DNA from: Polymyxa betae A26-41
Taxonomy: Eukaryota > Protista > Endomyxa: Phytomyxea
DNA: 64,000 nt
NCBI GenBank assembly: GCA_003693705.1
Contig: RBZT01000419.1
Span: 1-64,000 of the forward strand
Reading direction: 5' to 3'
The notes beneath the pieces are model-generated. The model worked only from the letters and a program-made list of their open reading frames with translations, had not been told where the DNA came from and searched no databases. The number at the start of each line of letters is the position of its first letter. Positions within the stretch are counted from its first letter, which is position 1. This document shows positions 13,101 to 24,034 of this stretch, piece by piece. The position numbers and the translations under genes were made by a program.

Positions 13101-16100
13101 GGAAAAAACTGCTGCATTGGAAATGATGTGGAAACCAATGCCAAAAAAATCAAACCACGCTGTATATTACTTCATCATGAGCGGAATGAAAGTTAGTAGC
13201 GTAGATAAGCGTGCTGGAACCGTAAGTGACAATTCAACAGCAAGCTCTCGAACAGACAGATCAACATAATCCTGTTCTTGAAGGCGATGAAGACCCGAAA
13301 GCAACTCTGGCAGTAATGGTACAAAGGTTTGATATAATCGCTATGAGAGTTTTTATGAACGGAGACATAGCTGAAAGAAAAAGCCCATACCTGAAACTTC
13401 CCGCCGCCAATGCTTCGAAACATATGACGCAGCATCCACAGATAATGGTGTTTGTATCGAACAATCAGCGCCTGTCGAATTGATTTCCTGATTAAGCGAG
13501 GCATGTATGGTTGCAATGCTTCTTCGTTGTCTGCATATAAAGATAACGAGCCTAGACAGTTTCCCGAGACTTAGAACAGATGAAATGGAATCGCAACTAT
13601 AGAAAAAAAAATCGGACGATCAACGAATAAAATCTGAACAGTATAACCGAGAAAGGTCACGAAGAGAAAGGAGTAAAAGAGTGCACACCTGCAACAACTC
13701 GGAATAGATTCAGAAGCAGCAGAGCGGTCGCTGATCGCCTTCTGTCTTCCTCAGTTGGGTCTGGAAGTGCCTTCAGATTGGCCAGAGTTGGTGCGGCCAT
13801 ATCATTTAAACGTTCCAGCAAATAGAGCATGACGATATCGGCAAAAATCTTCGACACGGAAGGATTCCCCAAAAACTGTTGCGGTACAACAAGTTGAGGC
13901 AGTCGGGGGTGTTGAACTAATGCTTCGAATAGGATGCCGATATCCAGGCCAATTACACGCCGAAAACTGGCTTGATCAAGGCTCTACAGAACCATGATGA
14001 GAACAGCAAAAAAATACATAAAACAATGGAAAGACATGTCACTGCTATGAACACAAAAATAATAGAGTATTCATGTGGGCTATGATAACTGCGACTGGTT
14101 TTCTTAGAAATGAGTTATATCCTTCAGAGTAACAGATCGAATGCAAAGACGAACATAGGTAAAGGGGAAGTGAACCTACCACAAAAACATTTGCGAATTT
14201 TTCGAGAAAAGCAGCTGTACGAGCCGCGGCAGGTGATTGGCAGGTAACATTCGATGTCATACCAGGTTCAGCGAACGGCGACGAACTTTCAGTATCAGAT
14301 TCTGCATTAGGTTGCTGATCAAGGCAAAAGTTTAACAGCGGAAAACAGGACACGACACTGTGTAATAATCTCGATACCAATCTGCAGGACAGAGTGGTAA
14401 ATACTTCCAATATTCATTGATAGAAATGCCGACCTGCATTCGTCGATTTTGAACATCCACGACGCCTTAGCACCGGGGCCAGCAGAGATATTTGATATCC
14501 TCCAGAGCAGAGTCTGAAGATCGTGAATGAGCATTTGCAGCACAGAGATAGCCTCTTCGATTGGAGCGGATTGAGCAGCTTGTATGAGGCCAGGTGTGAG
14601 GTTAGCGATCGACTCGAATTTCATCACAAGCGTCTGCAAGACTCGAATAAGGGCAGCTCGACCTCGAGAACGTCGCTCTTCATTAACGCGAGTGGTATCA
14701 CTAGCTTCCGAGACATCTCCGGTACCAACTCTACATAGAAAGTTTCAACGTGAAATACGCTTTACAGAGAGAGTATGAAGTAGAGAGTATGAAGTACCAC
14801 AAAAACAGCAACGTAAACCAAATAAAATATTCGACGAAAACATGACGCGTTGTAGAAATGAGAATTTGGAATAGATGTGGAATCAACAGAAACCAATGAT
14901 GGAGAACAGTTGTGAAGGGAATTCGAAAACAGTAATCCGTACCTAAATACGTTATCAACGAGAATGAAGATGATCCGCAGAGAGCTTTTCTGTTGCTCAA
15001 TGGAGGCTGTCCTGTCCAATATATGAACACAGAATACATGAATGACCCGAGTTAGCTGCTCCATCGATTTCAATTCTTGGTCAGTGGCGGCCGCAGTAAC
15101 AATAGCACATAGCGTATCATGGGCAATCGCGACAATCTCTTCGCTGCAACCGTGCCCTTTCAGAATATCAAAGTCCAAAAAATGATCAAGCTGTCGGTAG
15201 AGGGAGAGCCTGGCGTTGCCTTCCACCAGAGAACGAACGCTGTCTAAAACCAAGCGACGATCGTTGGAAGGCGCAATCACCAGAAGTTGCCTCGCAACGT
15301 TGGTCAGGAGGTCGTGAATAGATGAAATGGCCTCGTGCAACGGAGAGCGAACCCAATGAACTAACAAAGAAAACAACTGAATCTGCATTGGGATCAGATC
15401 GGCACCGGGCATATTCAGGATCTTCATGATAAGCGGCATCAGCAATGGCAAATAAGATTGCATATTTTCGATATGGCCAGAGTCAGTAACGGACTGGATG
15501 AGACCCGGAATGTGAGCCGAGGCAGAGTTAATGTTACGAAGTAGCATTTCTGCCAAAGACAGGACCGGGATAGGATCTAATTCTGTGCCATGAGTTTGGA
15601 ATAGGTCAGTTAGAAGCTGAACCGGGAGGTGATCGCTATCCAGTACAGACAGAGCCGCCTGCATGATAATCGGTGCCGTTACCGCCGGAAGCATTGGGAC
15701 ACGTATCCTCAATTCAGATAGAATACGGCATCGAATTCCATAATCAGACAATTCTTGAACAATCCTGAATCAGCTCCGTTAGATTGTAAACTGAGCAAAA
15801 TCTGCAAACGGCCCAGCCAACAGAATGTGAAGAATCAGCAAAGAACAGGGAAACAAAAAAAGCAAACTCCAGACTGTCGTATATAATCCATAAGTGACAC
15901 CAAGTTTCATGACTGTTTGCAAGAGCGTTTTCAGAAGCAAACAGTGCCGACAAATGGCAAGGAACCAGAATATCAGTACAGATAAATTTGGCAGAAATGG
16001 CAAGCCGATGCGAGCAGCGAAAACCAAACAGCAACGAAACTAACTGGGCCAATAGATTGACGATTTGTTGACTATAGGCAGCGACGGTCGCCTCAGACGC

Positions 16101-16202
16101 CATTGAAGCAGGTGTCCATAAACGCAACACTGGGCCAAGATAACGGTCGGGCTGGCCCGTGTTCAAACGCCACCGGGCCAGGTGGGCCAAGGAGTCTTCC
16201 AT
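1190..16202 (-). CDS. TRRAP: TRRAP/Tra1 PIKK pseudokinase (SAGA/NuA4 scaffold), ~30 exons, ~3600 aa by rough exon sum
   Basis: HEAT-region motifs (LFRSIGGGKF-like, GLRTFEFWVDKLNHDYL, MGKLGGRNRRFL); FAT region (WRDRLPNPW, DAFAKIREQ, WLLWLPQL); kinase-like IEVPGQY, GDRAPHK, VPFRLTPN. Last exon 1300-1190 (not in ORF track) encodes the FATC end IQRLVESSTSIDNLSAMPPTWHPWF*. Alternative start at 16103 (MASEAT). Confidence 0.95.
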
Positions 16203-16854
16203 GGCGACACCCGGGCTCCCTTCACCAAGACGACTAGCTCGAACCGCGCAGCAGCGCACTTCCTTTGGTCACCGACGGCGTCGCGATTACCAAGCTCGAC
16301 GAGGAAATTACGAGATGAACATTGAAGTGCCATCCGAAGAACAAAGCTGATTGTCCTGCCAAAGACGTCAATGGCAAATCGCGATTTTGAACGAAGAGCG
16401 CACGACTTAGACGTCAATAGCCAATTGCGATTTCGAACGGAAGTGCTAGAAATGTAACGTGAGTTTGATGTAACAGATGGTCATTCAATGGTCGTTAACA
16501 GACTTCAGAACTCGTAACGCAGAGCGAATTCACTCCCGCTCTCTGAACTGGAGGTTTCGGGTGTCGAGGCTTTGGATAGGAATAAGTCTATCCTTTAAAA
16601 ACTGTGGCGAGCTTTCAATTGAACATTTGCTCTCCTGGCGTAAACTACAGAAAGCAAGCACAGTGTTGATTATACGTTGATTGTACGAGGACGGAGCAAT
16701 ATGAATAGTCCCACCATACTATGCACAGGATATTTTCTGAAGCAGAGAGTGCATTTAATCTAGAAATTCATGAATGGGAACGCAACAGTATTATCTCAGT
16801 CCTTGATTTGTAATGTTATGATTGGAGCCACTCATAACGGGTTTCAAACCTAAG

Positions 16855-16900
16855 GGAGTCCATGAATTCGCTGATCTGGAGTCCATTGAATTCGCTGATC
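16855..16900. repeat. Two-copy ~23 bp tandem duplication
   Basis: GGAGTCCATGAATTCGCTGATC-T-GGAGTCCATTGAATTCGCTGATC (one-base indel between copies). Confidence 0.85.
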
Positions 16901-17060
16901 AAGTCTGCTTACTGTAGCGATGCACAAATTCCAAGTTCCAGTCAATGACTATTAAGCAAGCAGGCAGCGAGCCTTAGAGCAATGAAGCTTACTGATAATT
17001 GTAAGTAAGATTTATCTGTAAATAAAGCAGCTGATGTAGGGTTTGCTAGTCAAAGTAAGT

Positions 17061-19237
17061 TTATATTCGCACGATGGTTGCTTTGACCGTTGGATACGTA
17101 AGGTTCGAAACCTCTGGCTTGGGAAACGTATCAGGAGGAGATATAGGTGCCATATTGCTGATTAGATCAGGAGCGGCAGTCTCACGAATCGGGGTTGATC
17201 CAGGTAGAATTGGTGCTCGGGTCATAGGTGGTGTAGGGACTGGAGTTAAAGGCGCTGGCGTGTGAGTAGGCTTCGGCTCTGGAGTAGGTGCCGACGTCGA
17301 TTTAGCTTTCTTTTTGTGATTATCATCGTCTTCATTGTCCTCACTTTCATCATCGTCTTCTTTGTCGTTTCGTTGCGAAGAATGCTTTTCTTTCTTGTGA
17401 GAGCCTTTACTGCCGCTACGACGATGATGTTCTTGAGTGCTTTCTTCATCATCGCCGTCGTAATCTTCATCTTCGTTTGATACAGGCTTTCCGCCTTTCA
17501 AGTGATATTTTCCAGAATCTGAATCGTCATCAGATTTTGACTTCTTTTTAGAATCCTCTTTTGACTTCGACAATTCTGCGTCTTTGGATTTCGGATGTTT
17601 CGAACCAGAGTCTTCAAAGCTGTGATTACTTGATTGGCCTGAGTTCACACTATGAACTGATTCCTCTTTCGGACCTGTCAGTACTGGCTCCACTGCAGCG
17701 TCACTTGATGACGAATTTAGGCTCTGAGGTGACGCCAACGAAGAATTCTGAGTTGTACCGGGCAACGATTTGCTTGGTCCAGTAGAAGATAGATTTGGAA
17801 CAGATTCATTTGTCGAAGGGAACATTGTCGGAAGTTGAAGCGGCATCCCAAGGACGGGCATAGGCAGCGGTGGCTTGGTAGGCCTTGGTGTTGGGTCTGG
17901 TTCTATCATATCAAATAGGGCTGGGACCAGGGCAGTATAGACGGCAACACCAGGATCAAAATAATGGGCTTGCTTCTCAACGACATGTTTAAGAATAGGT
18001 TTTGTATCGACTACAAACGTCTGAATAGCTGATTGGCACATAGCACAGAAAGTCTTTTGAAGTGGCAGTCTGTGCAGAGCCAAACCTGATTGTTCGTCAA
18101 TCATTAGGGACTGCACGTAGGCGATAATGTTGGATGCTGCTGCCAATTCAAATCCACGACCGCGAGCTTTATCCAGAATGCAGTTATCGATTGCAAATTT
18201 CATGTGATCGTCATCAGCTGATAAAACCATTCCAGCTCGGCAATCACGAATGACTTCAACAAGCTGAGTCTCGTTCGCAAAAGTAGCGACAGGAGGAACT
18301 ATCAGGTTTGCATCATAATCAGGGCCCTCATTTCGGAAAGTAGTCGCCCCAATCTCCGCCAATTTCAAGTTTGCTTTGTGAGTATTCTCCTCTTCAGATT
18401 GTGCTTCTTCCGCGGCTTTGAGCAGTTTGTCGACTTCCTCTTGCTCGCGAATTGCACTGCCACCGGCACATTCCGGCTTGGTGGGAATCAATGCGAAACC
18501 GGACGACCCACGACGGTGAGCGTCAGCGAATCGGTTATGCCCTTCGATATCGCTGACATTGAGGTGGTTGACACCAGCGAGATCGTTAGTGGTAGAATTA
18601 TCACAAGAGCCACATAGACCGCGGCCTCCCTGCAAAAGGAACTGTGTAAGACATCCGAAAGACGTGTTTTCTGGTAGAAAGAAATCACCTGCAACCCTCT
18701 GACCGTAACGGTGACGATGCGTTTAGGTCCCAATCGCAGGGCGAGGCCTCCTGCCCCTTCACCCACCATGACGTCCATTGCCACTGCATCTTTACCGACC
18801 CTTTCAATTCGCAACCACCAAGTTTGGTCTTTATCAGCTTGCGAGACTCCCTTTGTCATCTGCAGGCGAACGCCGTTGACTTCAACCAAACTGTGTCCTT
18901 CGCCATTCACTTGGAGAGGCTCCCAGTTGACAATTTGAGGGCAAATGGAGCCTGGCGGAGAGAACCGAGCTCGGCAAGCTTGAAGGCAGATTCGTCGGGC
19001 ATCGTTTCGGCGACGGTGCCCATCAATGGTTTCCACTCCGGTTTTACAATCAGCAAACAAGCACTGGACTTCGAATCTGTCGAGTTGGAATAATCGATGC
19101 CAACCGCGACCATTATAGTGGTGCTGGGCACCATCGAGAGTTATAAAATGTTGATCGCCGCTTAAAGAACACGTTCCACATTTGGCTAAAGCTACAGGTA
19201 AAATTGTTGCAATGAATAGCCATATCATGAAACGCAT
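17061..19237 (-). CDS. Secreted von Willebrand factor type D (VWD) domain protein with S/P/T-rich and charged low-complexity tail
   Basis: Signal peptide MRFMIWLFIATILPVALA; VWD start CSLSGDQHFITLDG; phase-0 intron 18688-18630 joins VRGLQ to GGRGLCGSCDN (VWD C-terminal GLCG motif). Further small 3' exons cannot be excluded. Confidence 0.8.
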
Positions 19238-20221
19238 AGCATTGGTCAGGATCGCGAATAGTTCTAGTTTGAGAATATTTGAATACAGTTGGTGCTAGCG
19301 AAGACAAGTATCTCCTCTTGACAACGATTAACTTAAACACAAAATACTGGTAACTCAGCCGATCATGAGTCAATATCGCTCATGACTCATCCGAACATTG
19401 TGAGCACGCAACAAGCGTTTTGCTAAAATGTTTGAATCAAATGGTGAATCTAATTCAAATTTTCTCGACTCTAGCAGTCTAGCTAGATTAGATTGTTATT
19501 TTTCCTGTACTAAGTACACCGATTATGGGTCAGGTCAAACGAGGATGTGTTTGCTTAAATACCAACTAAATTTTCCTAAACAATCGCTGTCTATCGGCGG
19601 AATCCATAAACGCCATGCTATCATATTGCCTTTGCATGCGCTGATAATCGATATGCCTTTGATGAACGCTGTATGGTAATATCCAAATAAGGCGGGTAAT
19701 CTGTAGTCAAAAAAGGCTCTTTCGTAAAATGCCACATCAAAGCCCAACTAGAGTTGCGGTTCGTAGCCACCGCAAGTATTACCGGAAACCGTGTCTTCAC
19801 TTCTGAGACCAATCACATGTTGTTATTAAGTTAGTTAGGATAACAATCATCTTGGTATCTACAGGCATCGTAGGTTAGGAACTCGACCGGACGGTTTCGT
19901 TCTATGTACAAACCACTGAGGTACAACAGAGTTGGAACATGTACCACGCCAGAGTATCGTCACTAGCTCACAATCCGTCTAACATTGACGTCCAATGCTG
20001 AGGTTTAAGATTCAGGTCCCAAACTACCGCTCATGATTTCCTAAAACCCGAAGAGAGCTTCTCGATTAGTCGTCTCTGTCGACATAACTCCCTGTTCCCT
20101 TCTGGAAGTGCACTGCACTTTTCTTGAATACGTTACCTTTTTCACTCTGCAACGCTGCTTCAGTGCTTGGCACCGGACTACATGTTACTGCTCACTTTCT
20201 TGCCTAAATGTTTACTTTAGG

Positions 20222-23200
20222 ATGAATGCCTTGGAATCCCCCCAAACCACTATAAGTCTTCACATTGAAGATGTCCTGCCAAAAGGGCTGGCTTGGCATG
20301 AAGCTGAGCATCTTCTGCATGCCCATGGCAACAACGTCATTGAGTTCAAGAAGCCTGTTGAATGGGATCGGCTTCTATTGAGCAATTTTGCGCACCCGTT
20401 TAACGTTCTTTTATTCGTATTGGCGATGATCAGCGCTGCTACTGCAGATTTTGTAACAATGATTATCATGCTTGTCATGATTATCGTCAGTGTTTCATTG
20501 AAATTCGTGCAAGAAATGAAGTCGGAAGTTGCTGCTCAAGCATTAAGGAACTTGGTACGTTTTTTGGTGTGTTAATATCTGCCGGAAACCTAATGTCTTC
20601 CTGAAATCTCTTAGAATAATCGCTGACATCTCGCACAGGTTGAAAGTAAGGCGATAGTTTTGAGGGGTTATCGAGCTCCAGATCATCGAGATCCAAACTG
20701 GGAGGACGTCAAGAAGATGGATTCAGGCGACTTGTTCGAATATGAAATCCCAATGGAAGATGTGGTTCCTGGCGATATTGTTCAGCTAACGGTTGGAGAC
20801 ATGATACCAGGAGACGTACGATTGGTTGAATCGCGAGACCTTTTCGTGTCACAGTCGACGCTAACTGGCGAAGTGATGCCATTGGAAAAGAAAGTCATGA
20901 CGGAGAACGAGTTAGTTAAAGAAGGGTTCACGCTAGATAACTTGTTCCCAGAGGCTCCAAAAGGCTCACAGCTCACTCAATCCTGGAAAGATGCTTTGCT
21001 GAATAATGGGAAGAATTTCTTCAAATTTTTCAGTGGATGCTCGAAGGCTGATGCCAATATGGAATCACAAAATGAAGGTGATCAGCTGGCGGTTGTGACT
21101 ACGAACTCGTAGCTCGATAGGCGCGATTTATGCTTCATGGGCACGAATGTCATTAGTGGAACAGGTGCGACTGACCTCAGATAAAATGGAGTTTCATTAA
21201 CTTATGATAGCAAAGGCGCTAGTTCTGAAAACGGGATCTTCGACCTTGTTTGGGGAGGTTGCCAAAGTTCTTGCAAAGAAGAGCCACCGACTGCTTTTCA
21301 CAAAGGCATTGAGAAAGTCAGCAAAATGTTTTTTGTGACGATGGCTGTTATGGTTCCAGCTGTGTTCTTGATTACTGGTCTAATTAATCATGATTGGCTC
21401 GATTCGTTTTTGTTTTCGATTGCTATCGCTGTCGGGTAAATCTGCTTACAAATGAACCATTTATTGTGCTCTGACATTTGTCTACAGAATGACCCCTCAA
21501 ATGCTTCCTATGATTGTAAGTGGGAATCTAGCCAAGTACGTTGATACTGAAGAATGATGGGTTGTTTCAATACTATTGTAGGAGTGCTGTTGCTATGGCG
21601 AAAAAGAAATGCATTGTGAAGCGACTGGATTCAATAATCAACCTAGGCGCAATGAATGTTCTATGCACAGACAAAACCGGCACATTAACCCAAGATAAAG
21701 TGGTACTGATTATGCACGTTGGTCCCGAAGGAAAGAAATCCCTCTTACCTTTGGAATTATCGTTCTTGAACTCACATTTCCAGACGGGGTTCAAGAATCT
21801 CTTAGATGTTGCCGTTATCGACTTCTTCAATCAGCGCGATGCTGAGGTCACGAGCACAAATGCCAAAGAGGATCTTATTAACAACTTCAACAAAGTCGAT
21901 GAAATACCCTTCGATTTTGTCAGGAGAAGAATGTCGGTCGTACTGGAACATTCCCTTACAAATTCGTATCTGTTGGTGTCAAAAGGTGCGGTTGAGGAAA
22001 TGATATCTATCTGTACTCATGTTTCCTATGATGACGCTGAAACGCCACCATTCTGGAATACAGCCCACACTCAACCTCAGAATGCAAACATCATTGCTAT
22101 GACAGAGGAAGTCGTTGCTGCGGTACGATCATATTGCGAATCTCTCAATCGAGATGGTCTTCGCGTGGTTGCTGTCGCCTACAAAAAGCTCGACAATTGG
22201 AATGATAAAGAATTCCAAGCTCATGACGAGCACGACATGATATTTGCCGGATTCGTGGCGTTTTTAGACCCACCAAAGGAAAGCACAGCCCCTGCCATTA
22301 AAGAGCTAATTGAGAAAGGAGTCACGGTCAAAGTTCTCACTGGAGACACGCCGCTCGTTTGCCAAAAAATATGTAAGCAGGTCGGATTGCCTGTTGACCA
22401 CGTTGTCACTACCAGCGATTTGGCGGACCTTGATGATGACCAATTGTTCGATTTGGCAGAAAAAGGAACGATATTCGCCAAACTGACCCCACTGGAAAAA
22501 GCTAAAATCGTGACGGTTTTTAAAAGAAAGTATACGGTTGGATTTCTCGGAGATGGTATCAACGATGCTGCTGCGCTGAGAGAAGCTGACGTAAGCTGCT
22601 CTGTTGATACAGCAGTCGATGTCGCTAAAGAGGCAGCTGATTTTATTCTTCTCGAAAAAGACCTCACGGTCCTCGTGAAGGCAGTGTTGGGACGGAAGAC
22701 CTTCGGAAACACGATCAAGTACATCAAGATGGCGGTATCCAGCAATTTCGGGAATGTATTCAGTGTGCTAATAGCAAGTGTATGGCTTCCTTTTCTGCCT
22801 ATGCAGCCAATCCAACTTCTGCTGCAAAATCTGCTTTACGATTTTTCGCAAATCGCGATTCCATGGGATCTCTGTGATGAAGATTTTCTACAGAAACCAA
22901 GAAGATGGGCAGCCTCGTCGATCGTTAGGTTCATGGTCTGCCTCGGTCCGTTGTCTTCGATATTCGATGTGACGACCTTCATTTTTATGTGGTTTTATTA
23001 CAAGTGTCAGACTGCAGAGCACCAGAATCTGTTCCAGACCGCATGGTTTGTGGAAGGGTTGTTGACGCAAACTTGCGTTGTACATATGATCAGGACTGAT
23101 AAGATCCCGTTCATTCAATCAACTGCTTCAAAAAGCCTGTTATATAGCTCGGTCATCATTATGATGCTTGGAGTTGCAATACCGTTTACGCCCGTCGCAC

Positions 23201-23328
23201 CCTTAATCGGAATGCAGCCATTACCAGCACCTTACTTCGTTTATCTAGCGGCTGCGATTCTCGGTTATTGTTTCGTAAGTCAAATTGGGAAATTCCTGTT
23301 TATTTGGGCTTTCAGGGAATGGATGTAG
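20222..23328 (+). CDS. mgtA: Mg2+-transporting P-type ATPase (P3B, MgtA/MgtB-like); frameshifted, possible pseudogene
   Basis: TGE, DKTGTLT, IPFDFVRRRMSV, FLDPPKE, TGD, GDGIND and P3B-type KYIKMAVSSNFGNVFSV..LPFLPM..QNLLYD, FQTAWFVEGLLTQ..HMIRT.KIPFIQS. At least four GT-AG introns. 1-bp frameshift near 21281. Start uncertain. Confidence 0.9.
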
Positions 23329-23370
23329 AGATTAAAATTAAATCGACGAAATAAAGCCAATTATCAAATG

Positions 23371-23911
23371 TCAGCCAGGAGGTTTGTTAGCAAGTGAAAC
23401 CGTCACCAGGGCGTTGCGAGTTTTTACAATATTGGGGAAGTCAGCCAAGCACAAAGGATTTGTCATCTTCTTTCCATTGTAATGCAACTCCTAAATCCAA
23501 TATCAGGTTTGTAGCAAGATATCGACTCTCGTTCTTACTTGTTGAGAGAACTTCAGCGCTCGTTCCAGCTCGAGAAAGGCTTTTAAATGTGAGACTTCGT
23601 GATTGGTCGAGAACTGAAACTTTAATGCTCTAAGGTTTCAAGTACAACTCGATTACCTTTCGTTCCACCTTCTCTCCATCAGGCAATGCGAACACAACCT
23701 AGTGGCGTATCACAGAATGCAGTGCACTTGAATAAATCCGAACCGAGATGTCATTTGCTGGCCCTTTATCTTCCGATTCTCCATATTTCGATCGAACCTT
23801 GCCTATGGTTCAGTCTCAGTATGTCTGTCATCGTCAGTTGGCGTGTATGTCTTCACCTAGATCCAAGTTCAAAATGGACTCTCGCAACTTGTTACTGACG
23901 CCATCTGCCAT
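23371..23911 (-). CDS. Hidden 116-aa ubiquitin-like (beta-grasp) protein, 5 exons
   Basis: Exons 23911-23857, 23802-23744, 23698-23657, 23613-23539, 23490-23371; four GT-AG introns of 54/45/43/48 bp, all in phase; 351 nt. Protein MADGVSNKLRESILNLDLGKVRSKYGESEDKGPANDISVVFALPDGEKVERKFSTNHEVSHLKAFLELERALKFSQQELHYNGKKMTNPLCLADFPNIVKTRNALVTVSLANKPPG*. Fold assignment is pattern-based. Confidence 0.8.
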
Positions 23912-24034
23912 CCTGGATCCTACTTTGATGGACCAGTGAAAATGGTTTCTGGTACCGAAGTCGATCCGCGAACGGAAGGTTTATGGCCAAAGATTAAAGA
24001 ATGCGAAATTGCTTTATTGCCGGCATCGAAATCG

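Noticed and set aside
19428-19812. Short ORFs between the VWD and ATPase genes
   Set aside because: Several frames look equally protein-like; no consistent spliced model could be built.
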